The notes: generated by a model not told the origin, from the sequence alone. A DNA stretch of 64,000 nucleotides from an uncultured Chthonomonadaceae bacterium (GCA_963817895.1 CAWFQB010000014.1:256001-320000); one strand, 5' to 3'; counted from the first letter of the stretch, positions 1-11,262 are shown. A program made the numbers and translations.

Positions 1-1443
1 CCGCCGCCGCGCCGTACTGCCGCACCAGACGCGCCTGCTGCTTGAACGTTTCCACATTGTCTTTCAAGCGCAAGCGAATTGACAATCCCCTTGCCCTGTA
101 TGCACTTCAAGCCCGCTTCGATCACCGAAAACTTGGAACTGTCAATCATAATCGGGACGCGCGAAATGGCGTCGTCCGGCCCAACCAGATTGAGGAACGT
201 GGTCATGGCCTGTTCGCCGTCCAGCAGCCCCTCATCCATATTCACGTCAATAATCTGCGCGCCGTTTTCCACCTGCTGCCGCGCAACCGTCAGCGCCTCC
301 TCGTAATCCCCGGCAAGAATCAGTTTGGCGAACTTGGGCGAGCCGGTAACGTTCGTCCGCTCCCCGATATTGACGAAATTGGTTTCCGGGCGCAGCGTCA
401 GCGCTTCCAATCCGCTCAATCGCGTAAATTTCTCAATCTTCGGCGGAACGCGCGGCGCGTAATCTTTCACAATTGCCGCCACACCACGTATATAATCCGG
501 CGTCGTGCCGCAGCAGCCGCCCACGATGTTCAGCCAGCCGTTCGCCGCCCAATCCCGAATGTAAGGGAACATCTGCTCCGGTCGTCAAACTGAAGCCTGA
601 TTCGGCAAGCGCGTCTGGCAGTCCCGCATTGGGATACGCGCTCAAATAAAACGGCGAAATGCGCGCCAATTCTTCCAGACTTGCCCGCATCAAATCCGGC
701 CCAACCGCGCAGTTCAAGCCAACAGCCAGGAGAGGCGCATGGGAAATGGAGTTCAGCGCGGCTTCCAGCGTCTGTCCCGACAAAGTGCGTCCGCCCCCCT
801 GCGGAAACAGCGAAATGCTTGCCATTACCGGAACCTGCCGCGCGCCCTCCGCAAACAACTTCTGAATCGCGAACAGCGCGGCTTTCAGGTTCAGCGTATC
901 GAACGTGGTTTCCGGCAGCAATAAATCTACGCCGCCCTCGATCAACGCTTTTGCCTGGTCGTAATACGTAAGCATCACCTGATCGAACGTGACCGCGCGA
1001 AAACCGGGGTCATTCGTGTCCGGCGAGATGGATAAGGTTCTGTTGAGCGGCCCGATACTTCCCGCGACAAAACGCTGCCGCGACGGGTCGCGCCGCATCG
1101 CGGCTTCCACGCACTGTCGGGCAATCTGCGCGGCGGCAACATTCATTTCTGCCACGTACCCGCTCAACTCGTGGTCAGCCTGAGAAATTGCTGTTGCCGT
1201 GAACGTGTTTGTTTCAATGATGTCCGCGCCCGCGTCGAGATAATCGTTGTGAATACCCGCGATAACATCCGGGTTAGACAGATTCAGCACATCCGGGTTG
1301 TTTTTCAGGTCAATGGGATGGTCGGCAAACCGCTTGCCCCGGAAATCCGCCTCTTCCAAATTTTTCCGAAACAGCAATGCGCCCATCGAGCCATCCAAAA
1401 CCAGGATGCGCTTCTCCAACAACTCTCGTATATCAGTCGCCAT
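1..1443 (-). CDS. metH: B12-dependent methionine synthase, 5' part; runs off the window start; frameshift near 580
   Basis: [40 protein letters not shown]; after the shift the other frame gives GGCCGTTP and downstream pterin-domain sequence. Confidence 0.95.
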
Positions 1444-1492
1444 GCGTATCTCTTCCTTTTCCTATCTCAGTTCAGAATCTATGTCAACAGGT

Positions 1493-1540
1493 TCCCCTTC
1501 TCCCAGGCTTTTTTGGGAGAAGGGGTTAGGGGTTGAGGGC
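1493..1540. repeat. Palindromic repeat family A ([23 protein letters not shown](T)GAGG); other copies 18677-18772, 19320-19353, 20221-20268, 21279-21326, 43209-43270
   Basis: Six similar hairpin-plus-tail copies read directly, all in the same orientation. Confidence 0.85.
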
Positions 1541-1544
1541 TATT

Positions 1545-2369
1545 CTAAACACCTAACTCCGCCCACAACAACTCATCCAGTAAAGCAACCGGCATTTCCA
1601 TGTCCGGCAACTCCGTTACCTGTTCGCCAACGCGAATTAGTTCGCCATCAATAAAGGCATCCAGTAACAGGTCATGCGCTTCCGTACCCAATTCTACAGC
1701 CTGCTTCTTGCGCTCCATCAACTCGTTCAGCCGCGTCCGCACATCGGAAGGCAATTCAATACTTACCAAAATATCGTGTATCAGTGTCGGCGGCGGCGTC
1801 CCATGCTGTTCCATCCAGCGGATGCAGCACAGCGGGCGCAGCACGTACAGATACTTCTTAAGCGACACTTCCGCCTTGTTCTCAATCGAAAGCCGGTAGT
1901 TCGATTTCGCCATGCTGATGTAATGGTATGTCATGCGGCGCGGCGAAAAATGCTCCTGCGCCAGCGTTCGCAACTTCGCGGCAAAATCGCCGTTTTCCCG
2001 GTACACAATGGGCGAATGAAGCCATTCCAGCAGGGAAGGGTTGGACTTGCGAAACTGAACCAGCGCCTTGACAATATCCCACCCGTTGACATCCAGATCG
2101 CCCACTATCGGCAACTCGATCACGTCCCGCCGCTCTTGCAGCCGAACATAATCGCGCGCACCGCGCTTGTACACAAATCGCGCGTCATAGTCGCTGTCCG
2201 GCGACGCGAACCCCCACGCCCGACTGCCCGACTCCACTGCAAACAACAACCGCGCACCATGCTCACGTTCAATACCATCCAGCGCGTCCTGTATTTGTCC
2301 CTGTATATCGTCTGCATCAGGCGTGTTCACACGTATATTGTTGCCATCAAAGGTTGTTTCTGCATCCAC
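1545..2369 (-). CDS. Pol-beta-superfamily nucleotidyltransferase (YcgL/RlaP-like)
   Basis: AVESGSRAWGFASPDSDYD, SNPSLLEWLHSP, KKYLYVLRP. Confidence 0.85.
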   Translation of the reverse strand: MDAETTFDGNNIRVNTPDADDIQGQIQDALDGIEREHGARLLFAVESGSRAWGFASPDSDYDARFVYKRGARDYVRLQERRDVIELPIVGDLDVNGWDIVKALVQFRKSNPSLLEWLHSPIVYRENGDFAAKLRTLAQEHFSPRRMTYHYISMAKSNYRLSIENKAEVSLKKYLYVLRPLCCIRWMEQHGTPPPTLIHDILVSIELPSDVRTRLNELMERKKQAVELGTEAHDLLLDAFIDGELIRVGEQVTELPDMEMPVALLDELLWAELGV

Positions 2370-2499
2370 TTCGGCTGTCTACCCCTCTTTCATTATACCT
2401 TAATGCGCTTTCACGCTCTGTAATCAGGCAGGACAGATGTAATGCCGGGAAAGTTGCAGTTTGTACAAGTACACTATCGGTATGTAAACATTTGATAAT

Positions 2500-2523
2500 G
2501 TAGGGGCTTGATTCATCAAGCCC
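2500..2523. repeat. GTAG-type REP-like palindrome; inverted copy 52568-52591; related GTAGGGAC copies 3766-3789, 36104-36127, 55549-55571
   Basis: GTAG followed by an imperfect palindrome (gtaggggcttgattcatcaagccc; gtagggacacaacttgttgtgtcc). Confidence 0.75.
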
Positions 2524-2580
2524 GTCCACCGCATGATTTGTCAAGCCGGCTTATCGCAGTATCAAACTCTTTCCACTCTA

Positions 2581-3735
2581 TTATTGACGCTTTGCAGCCT
2601 CACGAACATAGAAATACATCAACGAACCACCCGCAGGCGCATTCGCAAACGCCGGACTGACCACGCGCCGACTGCCGCCCCCGGAAATCATCGGCGCAAT
2701 CAGCATATAATTGCCGTCCGCCTGCAAGTACGTCAATTGCGCAATATCGCCGCCGTCGCTGTTGATCGCTCCCCATACTCCCTTTGCTATCCAGAAACGC
2801 TGCAAGTCCGCAAGTGACCATCCGCCCACCATCCGCAACCCATGCCGAAACTGAATCGCGCTGCTCACTTCCGTATCGGGGTCCTGTACAAACAGCAAAT
2901 ACAAATGCCGGTTATCCCGGCTCCAACCCAGCGAAACGCGCGAAGTTTTGATATGATCTACCACAGGAATATGCCCCGCTTCCTGCGGCGTAGACGGCAC
3001 TGGCCCTTTCAAGAGTGGCTGTCCCACTGCCGGAAAAGGCTGTATCGAGAGAGGTTTCCCTTCCCGTATCAGACATTGCGCCCCGCCCGAAGCCCAATCA
3101 AATTCCTGCGCGAGTAGGTTCTTGTTCGCTTTATGCAGCGTCTTAAAAACAGGTTTGTCCCCTGCCATCTTGACGCCGAATGTCCATCTGTGCGTGCCTG
3201 ACATATAATGCGGCGTTCCGTTCAGTACAACGGGCGCGACGTGTTCGGCAGTCGCGCCTGCTCCATACCAATTCGGCCCAAAGAACAGCCCGTTCCATGC
3301 CGCCAATACACGCCCCGTCTTACGTTGCTGAAAAGTCTGGTTCAGCTGATGCGTAATCTGCCCGACGCCCCTCTCCCAGAACCGCGCATTATTATCGAAC
3401 GGATGCTCATCGTCCTGATCCTGATCGAATATCTCCAGCCGCAGACGAGGATTACGGTCAAAATCAAACTCAAGCAAATCCAACCCCGTGCCATCCGGCG
3501 AAGACGTATCATACCAGCGCGTTATTCCACCCGCAAGCGTCTCTTGATGAGCGCGCGGCCAAAGCCACGTCGTCAACGCGCTCGGTATATCCTGACGAAC
3601 AACCGCAGTCGTGTTCGTATCCACCGGAAACGGCGTTTCAGATTTCCGTGTTCTCACAACAAAATACCCGCCCGCCGCAATCAGCAAGAACGCAGCCCCT
3701 GCTATCCAAAATTGCCGACTATTTCGCTGATTCAT
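2581..3735 (-). CDS. Membrane-anchored phosphodiester glycosidase (NAGPA-like) family protein
   Basis: N-terminal TM helix; WNGLFF, SRVSLG, AINSDGG resemble family motifs. Confidence 0.55.
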   Translation of the reverse strand: MNQRNSRQFWIAGAAFLLIAAGGYFVVRTRKSETPFPVDTNTTAVVRQDIPSALTTWLWPRAHQETLAGGITRWYDTSSPDGTGLDLLEFDFDRNPRLRLEIFDQDQDDEHPFDNNARFWERGVGQITHQLNQTFQQRKTGRVLAAWNGLFFGPNWYGAGATAEHVAPVVLNGTPHYMSGTHRWTFGVKMAGDKPVFKTLHKANKNLLAQEFDWASGGAQCLIREGKPLSIQPFPAVGQPLLKGPVPSTPQEAGHIPVVDHIKTSRVSLGWSRDNRHLYLLFVQDPDTEVSSAIQFRHGLRMVGGWSLADLQRFWIAKGVWGAINSDGGDIAQLTYLQADGNYMLIAPMISGGGSRRVVSPAFANAPAGGSLMYFYVREAAKRQ

Positions 3736-3814
3736 GTCACACGCTCATTATTCAAAGAAGCGTTCGTAGGGACACAACTTGTTGTGTCCTCCTCCGTCAC
3801 GGTGCTACTCCTGT

Positions 3815-4576
3815 CTACATTCCCACCTGCGTAATCCGCCCGCCCGTCACCGGCAGGTATGTTCCCGTGACATAACTTGCCAGATCGCTCAGGAAGAATA
3901 CGCAGGCGTTGCCGATCTCATCCGCGCTTCCATGCCGTCGTAAGGGAATGGTTTTGGCAAAGTTTTTCGACGCTTCGCTTGCTGTATCCACTTTTTCATC
4001 CGCCATCCAGCCGGGCGCGACCATGTTCACCGTGATGTTATCCGGCCCCAACTCACACGCCAGCGACCGCGACATACCGACCATCGCGCCCTTACCCGCC
4101 ATGTACACCGACCACTCCTGCGGGGCCATGTTCCACAACTCCGTCACGATGTTGACAATCCGCCCGCCGCCCTGCTCCTTGAATACAGGGTGAACCGCCT
4201 GCGTCATATTCACAATCGCTTTGCAGCCGAAGTCGAACGCCGTAGTATAATCGTCCAGCGTCGCCTCCGCAAAGGCTCCATTCTGCCGCCCCGCAATCGC
4301 ATTGTTAATCACGCCATCCAGCCGCCCGAACCGCTCCTTCACATCCGCCACCATGCGCGCCACCGCTTCCGCATCTCGCACATCCGCCCCGAACGCCTGC
4401 GCGGTTCCGCCTGCCGTCTCTATCTCCCCGACAACCGCCTCGGCCTTATCCCGGCTGCTCCCATAATTCACCGCCACCATCGCGCCCTCACGCGCCAGCA
4501 CCCGCGCAATCGCCGCTCCAATCCCTCGTCCACCCCCCGTCACCAAAGCCACTCTGCCTTCCAACAACATAATCAT
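3815..4576 (-). CDS. SDR family oxidoreductase (FabG-like)
   Basis: TGGGRGIG, NNA, YMAGK, VNMVAPG. Confidence 0.9.
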   Translation of the reverse strand: MIMLLEGRVALVTGGGRGIGAAIARVLAREGAMVAVNYGSSRDKAEAVVGEIETAGGTAQAFGADVRDAEAVARMVADVKERFGRLDGVINNAIAGRQNGAFAEATLDDYTTAFDFGCKAIVNMTQAVHPVFKEQGGGRIVNIVTELWNMAPQEWSVYMAGKGAMVGMSRSLACELGPDNITVNMVAPGWMADEKVDTASEASKNFAKTIPLRRHGSADEIGNACVFFLSDLASYVTGTYLPVTGGRITQVGM

Positions 4577-4704
4577 TCCCTCCTTTCAACTACATACGAA
4601 CAAACCCTCCACAAATCTTGCGAAGGGTTCAAATACAAAATTTCAGATTGTGGTTCCTGTCCCGCTTATGTCCTCCTGCGGGCGTGGGAGGCTGTTAAAC
4701 AGGT

Positions 4705-4767
4705 ATTCGCGTCCGAAGGACGTTTGGCGGAACGCCATACAGACGGGTATTTTCAATACCCGGAAAA
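4705..4767. repeat. Multi-hairpin repeat family B; copies 36159-36221 (63 bp, 4 mismatches), 19211-19266, inverted 55484-55533
   Basis: cgtccgwaggacg...cgggtattttcaatacccg shared between copies. Confidence 0.85.
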
Positions 4768-4778
4768 CCGTGAGGTTC

Positions 4779-5348
4779 CTACTTCTTCATCGGCGCCGGA
4801 CCTTTTGCCCCCACCGGCGGACCCATCTTCTTGAATAGTTCGTTTAAGTCCATCTTTTTTCCATCTGCCGTCATCGTGCCTTTAAGCATCGTGGAACTTT
4901 TCCGCAGCCAGATATCGCCCGTCTTCACCCACGTATCCCGGTTCTGGTTCGTAACCCCCATCGTATGCGCTTTGCCCTGAGACTGCATATCCGCAGTAAC
5001 GCCTTCAATGCTCTCCTGCGCGTCTACCGTTGCCTCGTTACCTTTCACCGTGACTTTGTTGATCTTCTCCTTTGCGCTCGTCACGGACTTGATAAAAGAC
5101 AGAGAAGTTTGAAACTGTTGCTCCGCCTGCTGGCGCGTAATGCTTTTGCCGCCCGGAACCATCATCACAAAATCCGGCGCAGTCACCTCATGCAGCGGCT
5201 TGAGCGACTTTGTTTTGTACGCCTGCGAAATTTTGGCATACTGCGCATCCAGCGCTTTTCGTGTGGCGGCATCATCGGCATGAGCAGACGCAGGCCCGCC
5301 CGCCATCAACACACCCAACGCGCCAACACAACCATATTTGAAACGCAT
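4779..5348 (-). CDS. Secreted NTF2-like/DUF4440 family protein
   Basis: Signal peptide ending AHA; APDF and RDTWVK patterns. Confidence 0.65.
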   Translation of the reverse strand: MRFKYGCVGALGVLMAGGPASAHADDAATRKALDAQYAKISQAYKTKSLKPLHEVTAPDFVMMVPGGKSITRQQAEQQFQTSLSFIKSVTSAKEKINKVTVKGNEATVDAQESIEGVTADMQSQGKAHTMGVTNQNRDTWVKTGDIWLRKSSTMLKGTMTADGKKMDLNELFKKMGPPVGAKGPAPMKK

Positions 5349-5463
5349 ATCAACATTCTCCTTCCGACAGTAACCGCGTATCCTGACACTCTATCTAATA
5401 CGCAACCATACTTCCCCACATTTGCGTTTATTCGCGTTCATTCGCGGCTAATCATAAGAACAC

Positions 5464-7557
5464 TTACGTCCGCTTGAACTGCTTATCCAATTCCTGAAAC
5501 GGGATTGTCACCACAATTGGGCGTCCGTGTGGGCAAAGATACGGGTTTTCTGTTTCCGCCAACTGTTCCAGCAATCCCTGCATCTCCTCCATCTCCATCG
5601 GGTCGCCCGCCTTTACCGCCATTTTGCAGGCATTGGTGATCGTCACATGCTCCTGCTGCACCAACAGCCGCCGCGAAACCGTTTGATTGACCAGTTCATC
5701 TATCATATCGCGCAGTATCTTCTCGTAGGGCTTATGCGCCAGCATTGCGGGAACTGAGCGCACTACGAAACTGTCCTTGCCAAACGCGGCGATCTCCCAC
5801 CCCGCCCGCGTGAAGCTATCGCAATGTTCCGCCAGCAGCAGTGCCTCCCGCCGTCCAAGATTGATCGTAATCGGAACCGCCAGCCGCTGCACCGGTATCC
5901 CATTGGCGAACCGCTTCACTGTCAGCCGCTCGTACAACACGCGCTCATGCGCCACATGCTGATCTATCACGGCAATTCCATTCGGCGTCAGCGCGATAAT
6001 ATACGTGTTTCGCGCCTGCCCCAAAATCCGAAACTCGCGCAGTTGTTCCGCAAAGGGTTTAGGTTGCGGGGGCGATTGCAGCGGTTCTTCTCCCTCACTC
6101 GTTGAACACGGCGTTTGCAGGGTCGAAACTTCTAAATTCGTAGGGACGAGCGCAACCGTGTCTATATCCGCTCCGCCGTTATTACTCTGCTCCGGCGCGT
6201 AATGGACTGCCTGTTCCAAATCCGTATTTCCCGCTTCATTTTCAATGCTTTCAACAGATAGCGCGGCAGGCATGTCGCCCTGCGGAACTGCATTCTCCTG
6301 CCCATTCGCGGCAAAATCGCGGGCAGGCGGAACCGCATTACCAGTATACGATGGCAGCGGTGCAGAGGATGTTTCCAGTGGCGCGAACGCTCCTATCGCG
6401 GCGGCAAAGGCGTTCGCGGCATCATGGAACGGCGAGGCCGAAGTGACATTGGGAACCTGATTAGAGGAACTGCTGTTACCGGAAGCGCCAAATCCAAAAT
6501 TAGTCTGCTGCGAAGCGCCTGCCGCTATATTCACATTTGTAATTCGCGCCTGCGGAACGATCCCATACGCCAGCAACGCGCCCTTCACAGCCTGACTCGC
6601 CGCATGATGCACTTCTCCGTCCCGTGTAAACTTCACCTCGGTTTTCGTCGGATGCACATTGACATCCACCAGATCAGGATGAATTTCCACAAACAACGCG
6701 CCAATCGGATAGCGGCTGTCCGGCGTCAGGGCGCGGAACGCCTCCTCCATCGCATGACCGATTAAACGGCTCTTAATGGGTCGCCGGTTGACAAAAAACA
6801 ATTCATGCGAACGCCCCGGACGCGAAATATCCGGCGTCGCGATAAATCCCGACACATTCAAGCCTACGGACTCATGCTTGATTGGAATCAGTTTCCGCGC
6901 CACTTCACGCCCCCACACCGCTGCCAGCGCAGCCAAGGGTTCGCCCGTTCCCGGCGTCGCGAAAATCTCTGCTGTTCCATGCCGCAATCGAAACGCGATA
7001 CCCGGATACGCGACTGCAAGCTGCCCGACAATTTCAACCACCCGCGCCACTTCCGTGGGCGTACTTTTCAAAAACTTCATGCGGGCAGGCGTGTTAAAAA
7101 ACAACTCGCTGACTTCAATCGTCGTGCCATCCCGCGCCGCTATGTCCTCCACAGTCTGTATATCCCCGGCATGAACCACCAGGCGCGTCCCGCTCTCCTC
7201 ATCCACAGGTTTGGTCGTGATCGTCAGCCGCGAAACTGACGCGATAGACGGCATCGCCTCGCCCCGAAAGCCAAGCGTTTTAATGGCAAACAAGTCTTCT
7301 GCGTTGCGTATTTTGCTCGTGGCATGTCGCTGTAATGCCAGTATAGCGTCTGAGCGCGTCATGCCGAAGCCATTGTCCGCCACAATCAGGCTCTGCTTGC
7401 CGCCCTCTTCCAGCGCGATCACGATCTGAGTTGCCCCTGCGTCAATGGCATTTTCCACCAGTTCTTTCACAGCAGACGCGGGTCGCTCCACAACTTCTCC
7501 TGCCGCAATCTGATTGGCCGTATTCTCATCCAGCAAAACCACGCGATCTATAGCCAT
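5464..7557 (-). CDS. mutL: DNA mismatch repair endonuclease MutL
   Basis: NQIAAGEVVERP, GFRGEA, DQHVAHER, ACK, CPHGRP. Confidence 0.98.
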   Translation of the reverse strand: MAIDRVVLLDENTANQIAAGEVVERPASAVKELVENAIDAGATQIVIALEEGGKQSLIVADNGFGMTRSDAILALQRHATSKIRNAEDLFAIKTLGFRGEAMPSIASVSRLTITTKPVDEESGTRLVVHAGDIQTVEDIAARDGTTIEVSELFFNTPARMKFLKSTPTEVARVVEIVGQLAVAYPGIAFRLRHGTAEIFATPGTGEPLAALAAVWGREVARKLIPIKHESVGLNVSGFIATPDISRPGRSHELFFVNRRPIKSRLIGHAMEEAFRALTPDSRYPIGALFVEIHPDLVDVNVHPTKTEVKFTRDGEVHHAASQAVKGALLAYGIVPQARITNVNIAAGASQQTNFGFGASGNSSSSNQVPNVTSASPFHDAANAFAAAIGAFAPLETSSAPLPSYTGNAVPPARDFAANGQENAVPQGDMPAALSVESIENEAGNTDLEQAVHYAPEQSNNGGADIDTVALVPTNLEVSTLQTPCSTSEGEEPLQSPPQPKPFAEQLREFRILGQARNTYIIALTPNGIAVIDQHVAHERVLYERLTVKRFANGIPVQRLAVPITINLGRREALLLAEHCDSFTRAGWEIAAFGKDSFVVRSVPAMLAHKPYEKILRDMIDELVNQTVSRRLLVQQEHVTITNACKMAVKAGDPMEMEEMQGLLEQLAETENPYLCPHGRPIVVTIPFQELDKQFKRT

Positions 7558-7824
7558 GATCGAGAATCCACTCTCCTCACATTCATCAACGAAACGTAGA
7601 CAGAATATAACACAATCTTAGAACAACATAATACCACAGAGCAGCCCTATTATTCCCTGTATCATCCTGGTACCAACGCATTATCAACAGCCACAGTATC
7701 TTCATACATCACCAAAATTCCTTTTGGAACATATTCAACAACCCTCTGAGACAGTGAGAATCAGCAAAACGCCTGCGAATAACGTCCGATAATGTAACAG
7801 CCCCAGTCAAGATACAATAATCAA

Positions 7825-7885
7825 CAATTTTTTGGGAGGGCTTAAGCCCTCCCAAAAAATTGCAGGCCGCGACGCGGCCTGCAAT
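7825..7885. repeat. Two overlapping perfect palindromes (38 bp and 27 bp); possible terminator
   Basis: caattttttgggagggctt|aagccctcccaaaaaattg and attgcaggccgcg-a-cgcggcctgcaat. Confidence 0.8.
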
Positions 7886-7919
7886 CAAGTACATTCAAGT
7901 ACATTCACGTTGAAAACTG

Positions 7920-8291
7920 CTAAAGCAACGCCTCACACATCACGGTATCCTCATCCGTATACGCCGGCGCACAGCAGCACAGAAATACCAGTGGCTCTTG
8001 CCCCGTATTCCGTATCTGATGACGCTGACCTGTAAGAATACAAATCGCATCCCCTACTCCCACGGTTGAACGCTCCGCTTCAATCGCCATCAGCCCCGTT
8101 CCACGCAGAATGTAGTAGAACTCTTCCGTTTTAGGGTGTGAATGTGCCTGCGTCTCTCGTCCGACATCTACTATCGCTTCCGCAAGACTCTGGCGTTGCG
8201 CATGAGAGTTACGAGGCGCCAGTATCTCACGGATTGTAGAAGTATCCTTCGTCGTAAAGGCCGCCACTCTTTCACGATTTACAACATCCAT
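7920..8291 (-). CDS. Cupin domain protein
   Basis: HSHPKTEEFYYILRG, HQIRNTG. Confidence 0.9.
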   Translation of the reverse strand: MDVVNRERVAAFTTKDTSTIREILAPRNSHAQRQSLAEAIVDVGRETQAHSHPKTEEFYYILRGTGLMAIEAERSTVGVGDAICILTGQRHQIRNTGQEPLVFLCCCAPAYTDEDTVMCEALL

Positions 8292-8298
8292 GCGCGGA

Positions 8299-9610
8299 TT
8301 ACTTGCCTTTGCTCAATCCCGCTTCTACGGCCTGCCGCAGGTCTTCGCTTCGCGTGGGACTCTCCGCTTTAATCACTGACAATATTTTGCCCGTAGTTCC
8401 ATCTACCACGATGCCGAAAGGAATGGCGTGAACGTCAAATAAGTTGCGCGATCTCCGCCTTCCACCAACCGCCATCGTACACCTGCTGCCAGGGCATGCT
8501 GTGCTGCGACAGGAATTGAAACAGGCTCGTTTTTTTAAGATTGGCATGATCCAGACTGATGCCTAAAATCTCGAAGCCCTGTGAGTGGTACTGATTGTAA
8601 GTCGCCACCACATTGGGCATCTCCATCATACACGGCCCGCACCACGTTGCCCAGAAATCCAGCAGCACCACCTTGCCTTTATAATCATCCGGGAAAGCTG
8701 ACCGTCTTGCCATCCAGCGTTTCCACTTCAAAGTCCAGAATGTCCGCGCCCGCCTTCATGTCCGCAGCCGTCAGCGCATTGCCCGCGCTTTTGCCCGACT
8801 TCTTCAGCGTAATCGAGGTTCCCCGCGCATCAATGCTCATAACTTCGTAGGTTGCCCCTGCCATGCGGAACGGTTTTGCGGCATCGAACATCTCTTTGTC
8901 CTCAAATTTGCCGTTGCCATTGCGGTCAATCATCACAGTCACGCGCGCAGGATCGCCCTCTTCATGCTGAAACTCGTTGAACTTGCCGTTCACGCCCTGA
9001 TCCACCAGCGCCATTCGGTACGAGCGGCTGCCAATCGTTAACATTCCGGTTCGCGCGTATTCGCGATTGTACATGACATCCGGCCCGCTCACCGTAAATG
9101 CTAAAGAGCTCGGAACAGAACCGGCGCGTCCGGGTATGTCGTAGCGCGCGACGACTGGCAACTGCCGCCGACCATCCCTGCGCCGTATCCCCTGCCGTAC
9201 TCGTCACGCCTACCGTTTTCGCTCCGCTCACAGAAACAGGTTTTGCCACTGTCAGCATCACAGGCGGGTCATCCGTAAGATCGCCATTGCCGTTAGCGTC
9301 CACATACAAACTTGGGCGCGTGGTTTGGCCATCCGTATCCAGCACAACGATGATCTTGTTGTTTTTGGCGTTGCCCAGCGCTCACCGTTCCGTATTTCGG
9401 CGTAAACTTGTAACGGGGTTCTTTCACCAGTCCAGCGGGCTTGTCCGCGCTCAGGGTAAGTTTTTGCGCCATGATTGCGTGCGTTCCACCGGAAACAGCC
9501 GGTTCCAGATTTCCGACCGCTACAAGCTGAGACTTTGCCTGTGTCACAGACGCCAGCCCCAACCCGACAATCGCGCCTGAAACGGCAAGGAGAGATTTCG
9601 ACATCAGCAT
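8299..9610 (-). CDS. Secreted TlpA-like thioredoxin/redoxin protein; split by several frameshifts
   Basis: Signal peptide with SD at 9610; DANGNGDLTDD; LLDFWATWCGPC in consecutive overlapping ORFs. Confidence 0.8.
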
Positions 9611-9743
9611 TGTCCTCCACCAAACATTCACATCAGAAGAGATTACAGGAATAGTGATTACGACCGAAGCGAAAGCAATGAATAAATCATCACTGCCCTG
9701 CCGCGTATTACGACATAATGGCATATTGTACACGAAAAATCTA

Positions 9744-11066
9744 CTATTGCGCTTGAATGAGCGCAGGTTTCTTTTCGTCAGGCAGCGTATCCGGCAGCAT
9801 CTGAGTCAGGGTTTGCTGCGCCTGGGCCAGTTGCGCATCCCGTTTCGAGTAGGGAAACAGTGACTGTACAATGACATCCGCTTCCACCCCTTTTTGTTCC
9901 AAACGTTCGCCATTGACCTTTAACCCCACCATCGGCAATTCCAGCAAACCCTCTTCGCCGATCTTTACAAATCCCGCGCCCAAAAACGCGCCGGCTGTTT
10001 TCGTGCCGACTATCTTCGCCCGATGGGACACTTTCAACTGATACGCCAGAAACTCCTTCGCGCTGCGCGTACCCTCATTAATCAGCGCCACCATCGGCTT
10101 AGAGTAGCCTGTATGCTGTACGCTTTTTCGGCCATTGGAATATTGCGTTTCCCAGGCGACATCAGGACGGCTGAAAACATCCATATACCCGAACGGATGC
10201 CCACCATAACCATCGCGTAAATCCAGTATCAAGCCATCCGTATCGTGCAGTTTGTTCAGCATCAGGTTGTCAAGCATGTCCTTGAATTCATCATTCGCCA
10301 TCGTCCATAGATGAACATACCCGATACGTTTGTTTCCGGCCTCTATGATGCGCGCGCTTGCTTTAGTAGCATCCAGGTACGCGCGCACAATGTTTTGCTT
10401 CACCGGCACGACGCTAACAGTTCGCGTTTTATCCTCGCCTTCCCGCTTGAACTCCACCTGAACCGACGTACCCTCTTTGCCGCGAAACGAACCTGCGGAA
10501 GCGAAGGGTTTACCGTCCGCTCGCAGCAAGCGATCCCCCGCCTGCAAGCCCGCTTTATCCGCCGGCCCGCCATCTATAACCGCATGGACAGCGTACTCTT
10601 TCCCTTCACGCTCACCCATCACGCCGATATGCGCCACCTGATAATGCTGCATATCCTGCTCGCTCACCGCGTTCATCATGTAATACTCGGCATCACTGCT
10701 CGTAACATACGCCGTATGAGAAGCATGAAGTTCGCCAAGCATCCGGTTCATCAGAGCCGCAAATTCTGTCCTGTTACTCACGGCTTTAACCTGACGATGA
10801 TACTCCGCAGTAACTTTGTTCCAATCAACGCCATTCAGATGTAAATCATAGAATTGTCCTTGAACAGCCGTTTTGATTTTCCGAAAATCATTATCGAATG
10901 GCGACACCGTCGCGTCATTGTTGCCATTATCTACCGTAACCTGCTGAAATCGCGTTTTCCGTATTCCATTTACTTGCGCATCCGTTCTGACAATGATCCC
11001 AGACAACGCGAAAGCGAGTACTATAACTTCCCTTCGTAAAGCAAACCAATTCCATATAGTTTTCAT
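9744..11066 (-). CDS. S41 family C-terminal processing peptidase with PDZ domain
   Basis: LILDLRDGYGG, TRSAKE, IVGTKTAG. Confidence 0.9.
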   Translation of the reverse strand: MKTIWNWFALRREVIVLAFALSGIIVRTDAQVNGIRKTRFQQVTVDNGNNDATVSPFDNDFRKIKTAVQGQFYDLHLNGVDWNKVTAEYHRQVKAVSNRTEFAALMNRMLGELHASHTAYVTSSDAEYYMMNAVSEQDMQHYQVAHIGVMGEREGKEYAVHAVIDGGPADKAGLQAGDRLLRADGKPFASAGSFRGKEGTSVQVEFKREGEDKTRTVSVVPVKQNIVRAYLDATKASARIIEAGNKRIGYVHLWTMANDEFKDMLDNLMLNKLHDTDGLILDLRDGYGGHPFGYMDVFSRPDVAWETQYSNGRKSVQHTGYSKPMVALINEGTRSAKEFLAYQLKVSHRAKIVGTKTAGAFLGAGFVKIGEEGLLELPMVGLKVNGERLEQKGVEADVIVQSLFPYSKRDAQLAQAQQTLTQMLPDTLPDEKKPALIQAQ

Positions 11067-11211
11067 AATCTTCGACTTACTCCTTATTCACATTAAACAA
11101 GTGGAATGACTACATACCATCGCTTTAGACTCCTCCAATTCTGCTTCGTTATAACTATTTCCTCTACCTCCAAGATGATTGATAGCCAATTAAGTCAACA
11201 GGACCCAAACA

Positions 11212-11255
11212 AAACAAAGGCTCATACCGCATCGGTGCGATATAAGCCTTTGTTT
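11212..11255 (-). terminator. Intrinsic terminator after 5S rRNA
   Basis: aaacaaaggct...agcctttgttt hairpin directly 3' of 5S, with a U-rich tail on the minus strand. Confidence 0.75.
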
Positions 11256-11262
11256 ACAATTA

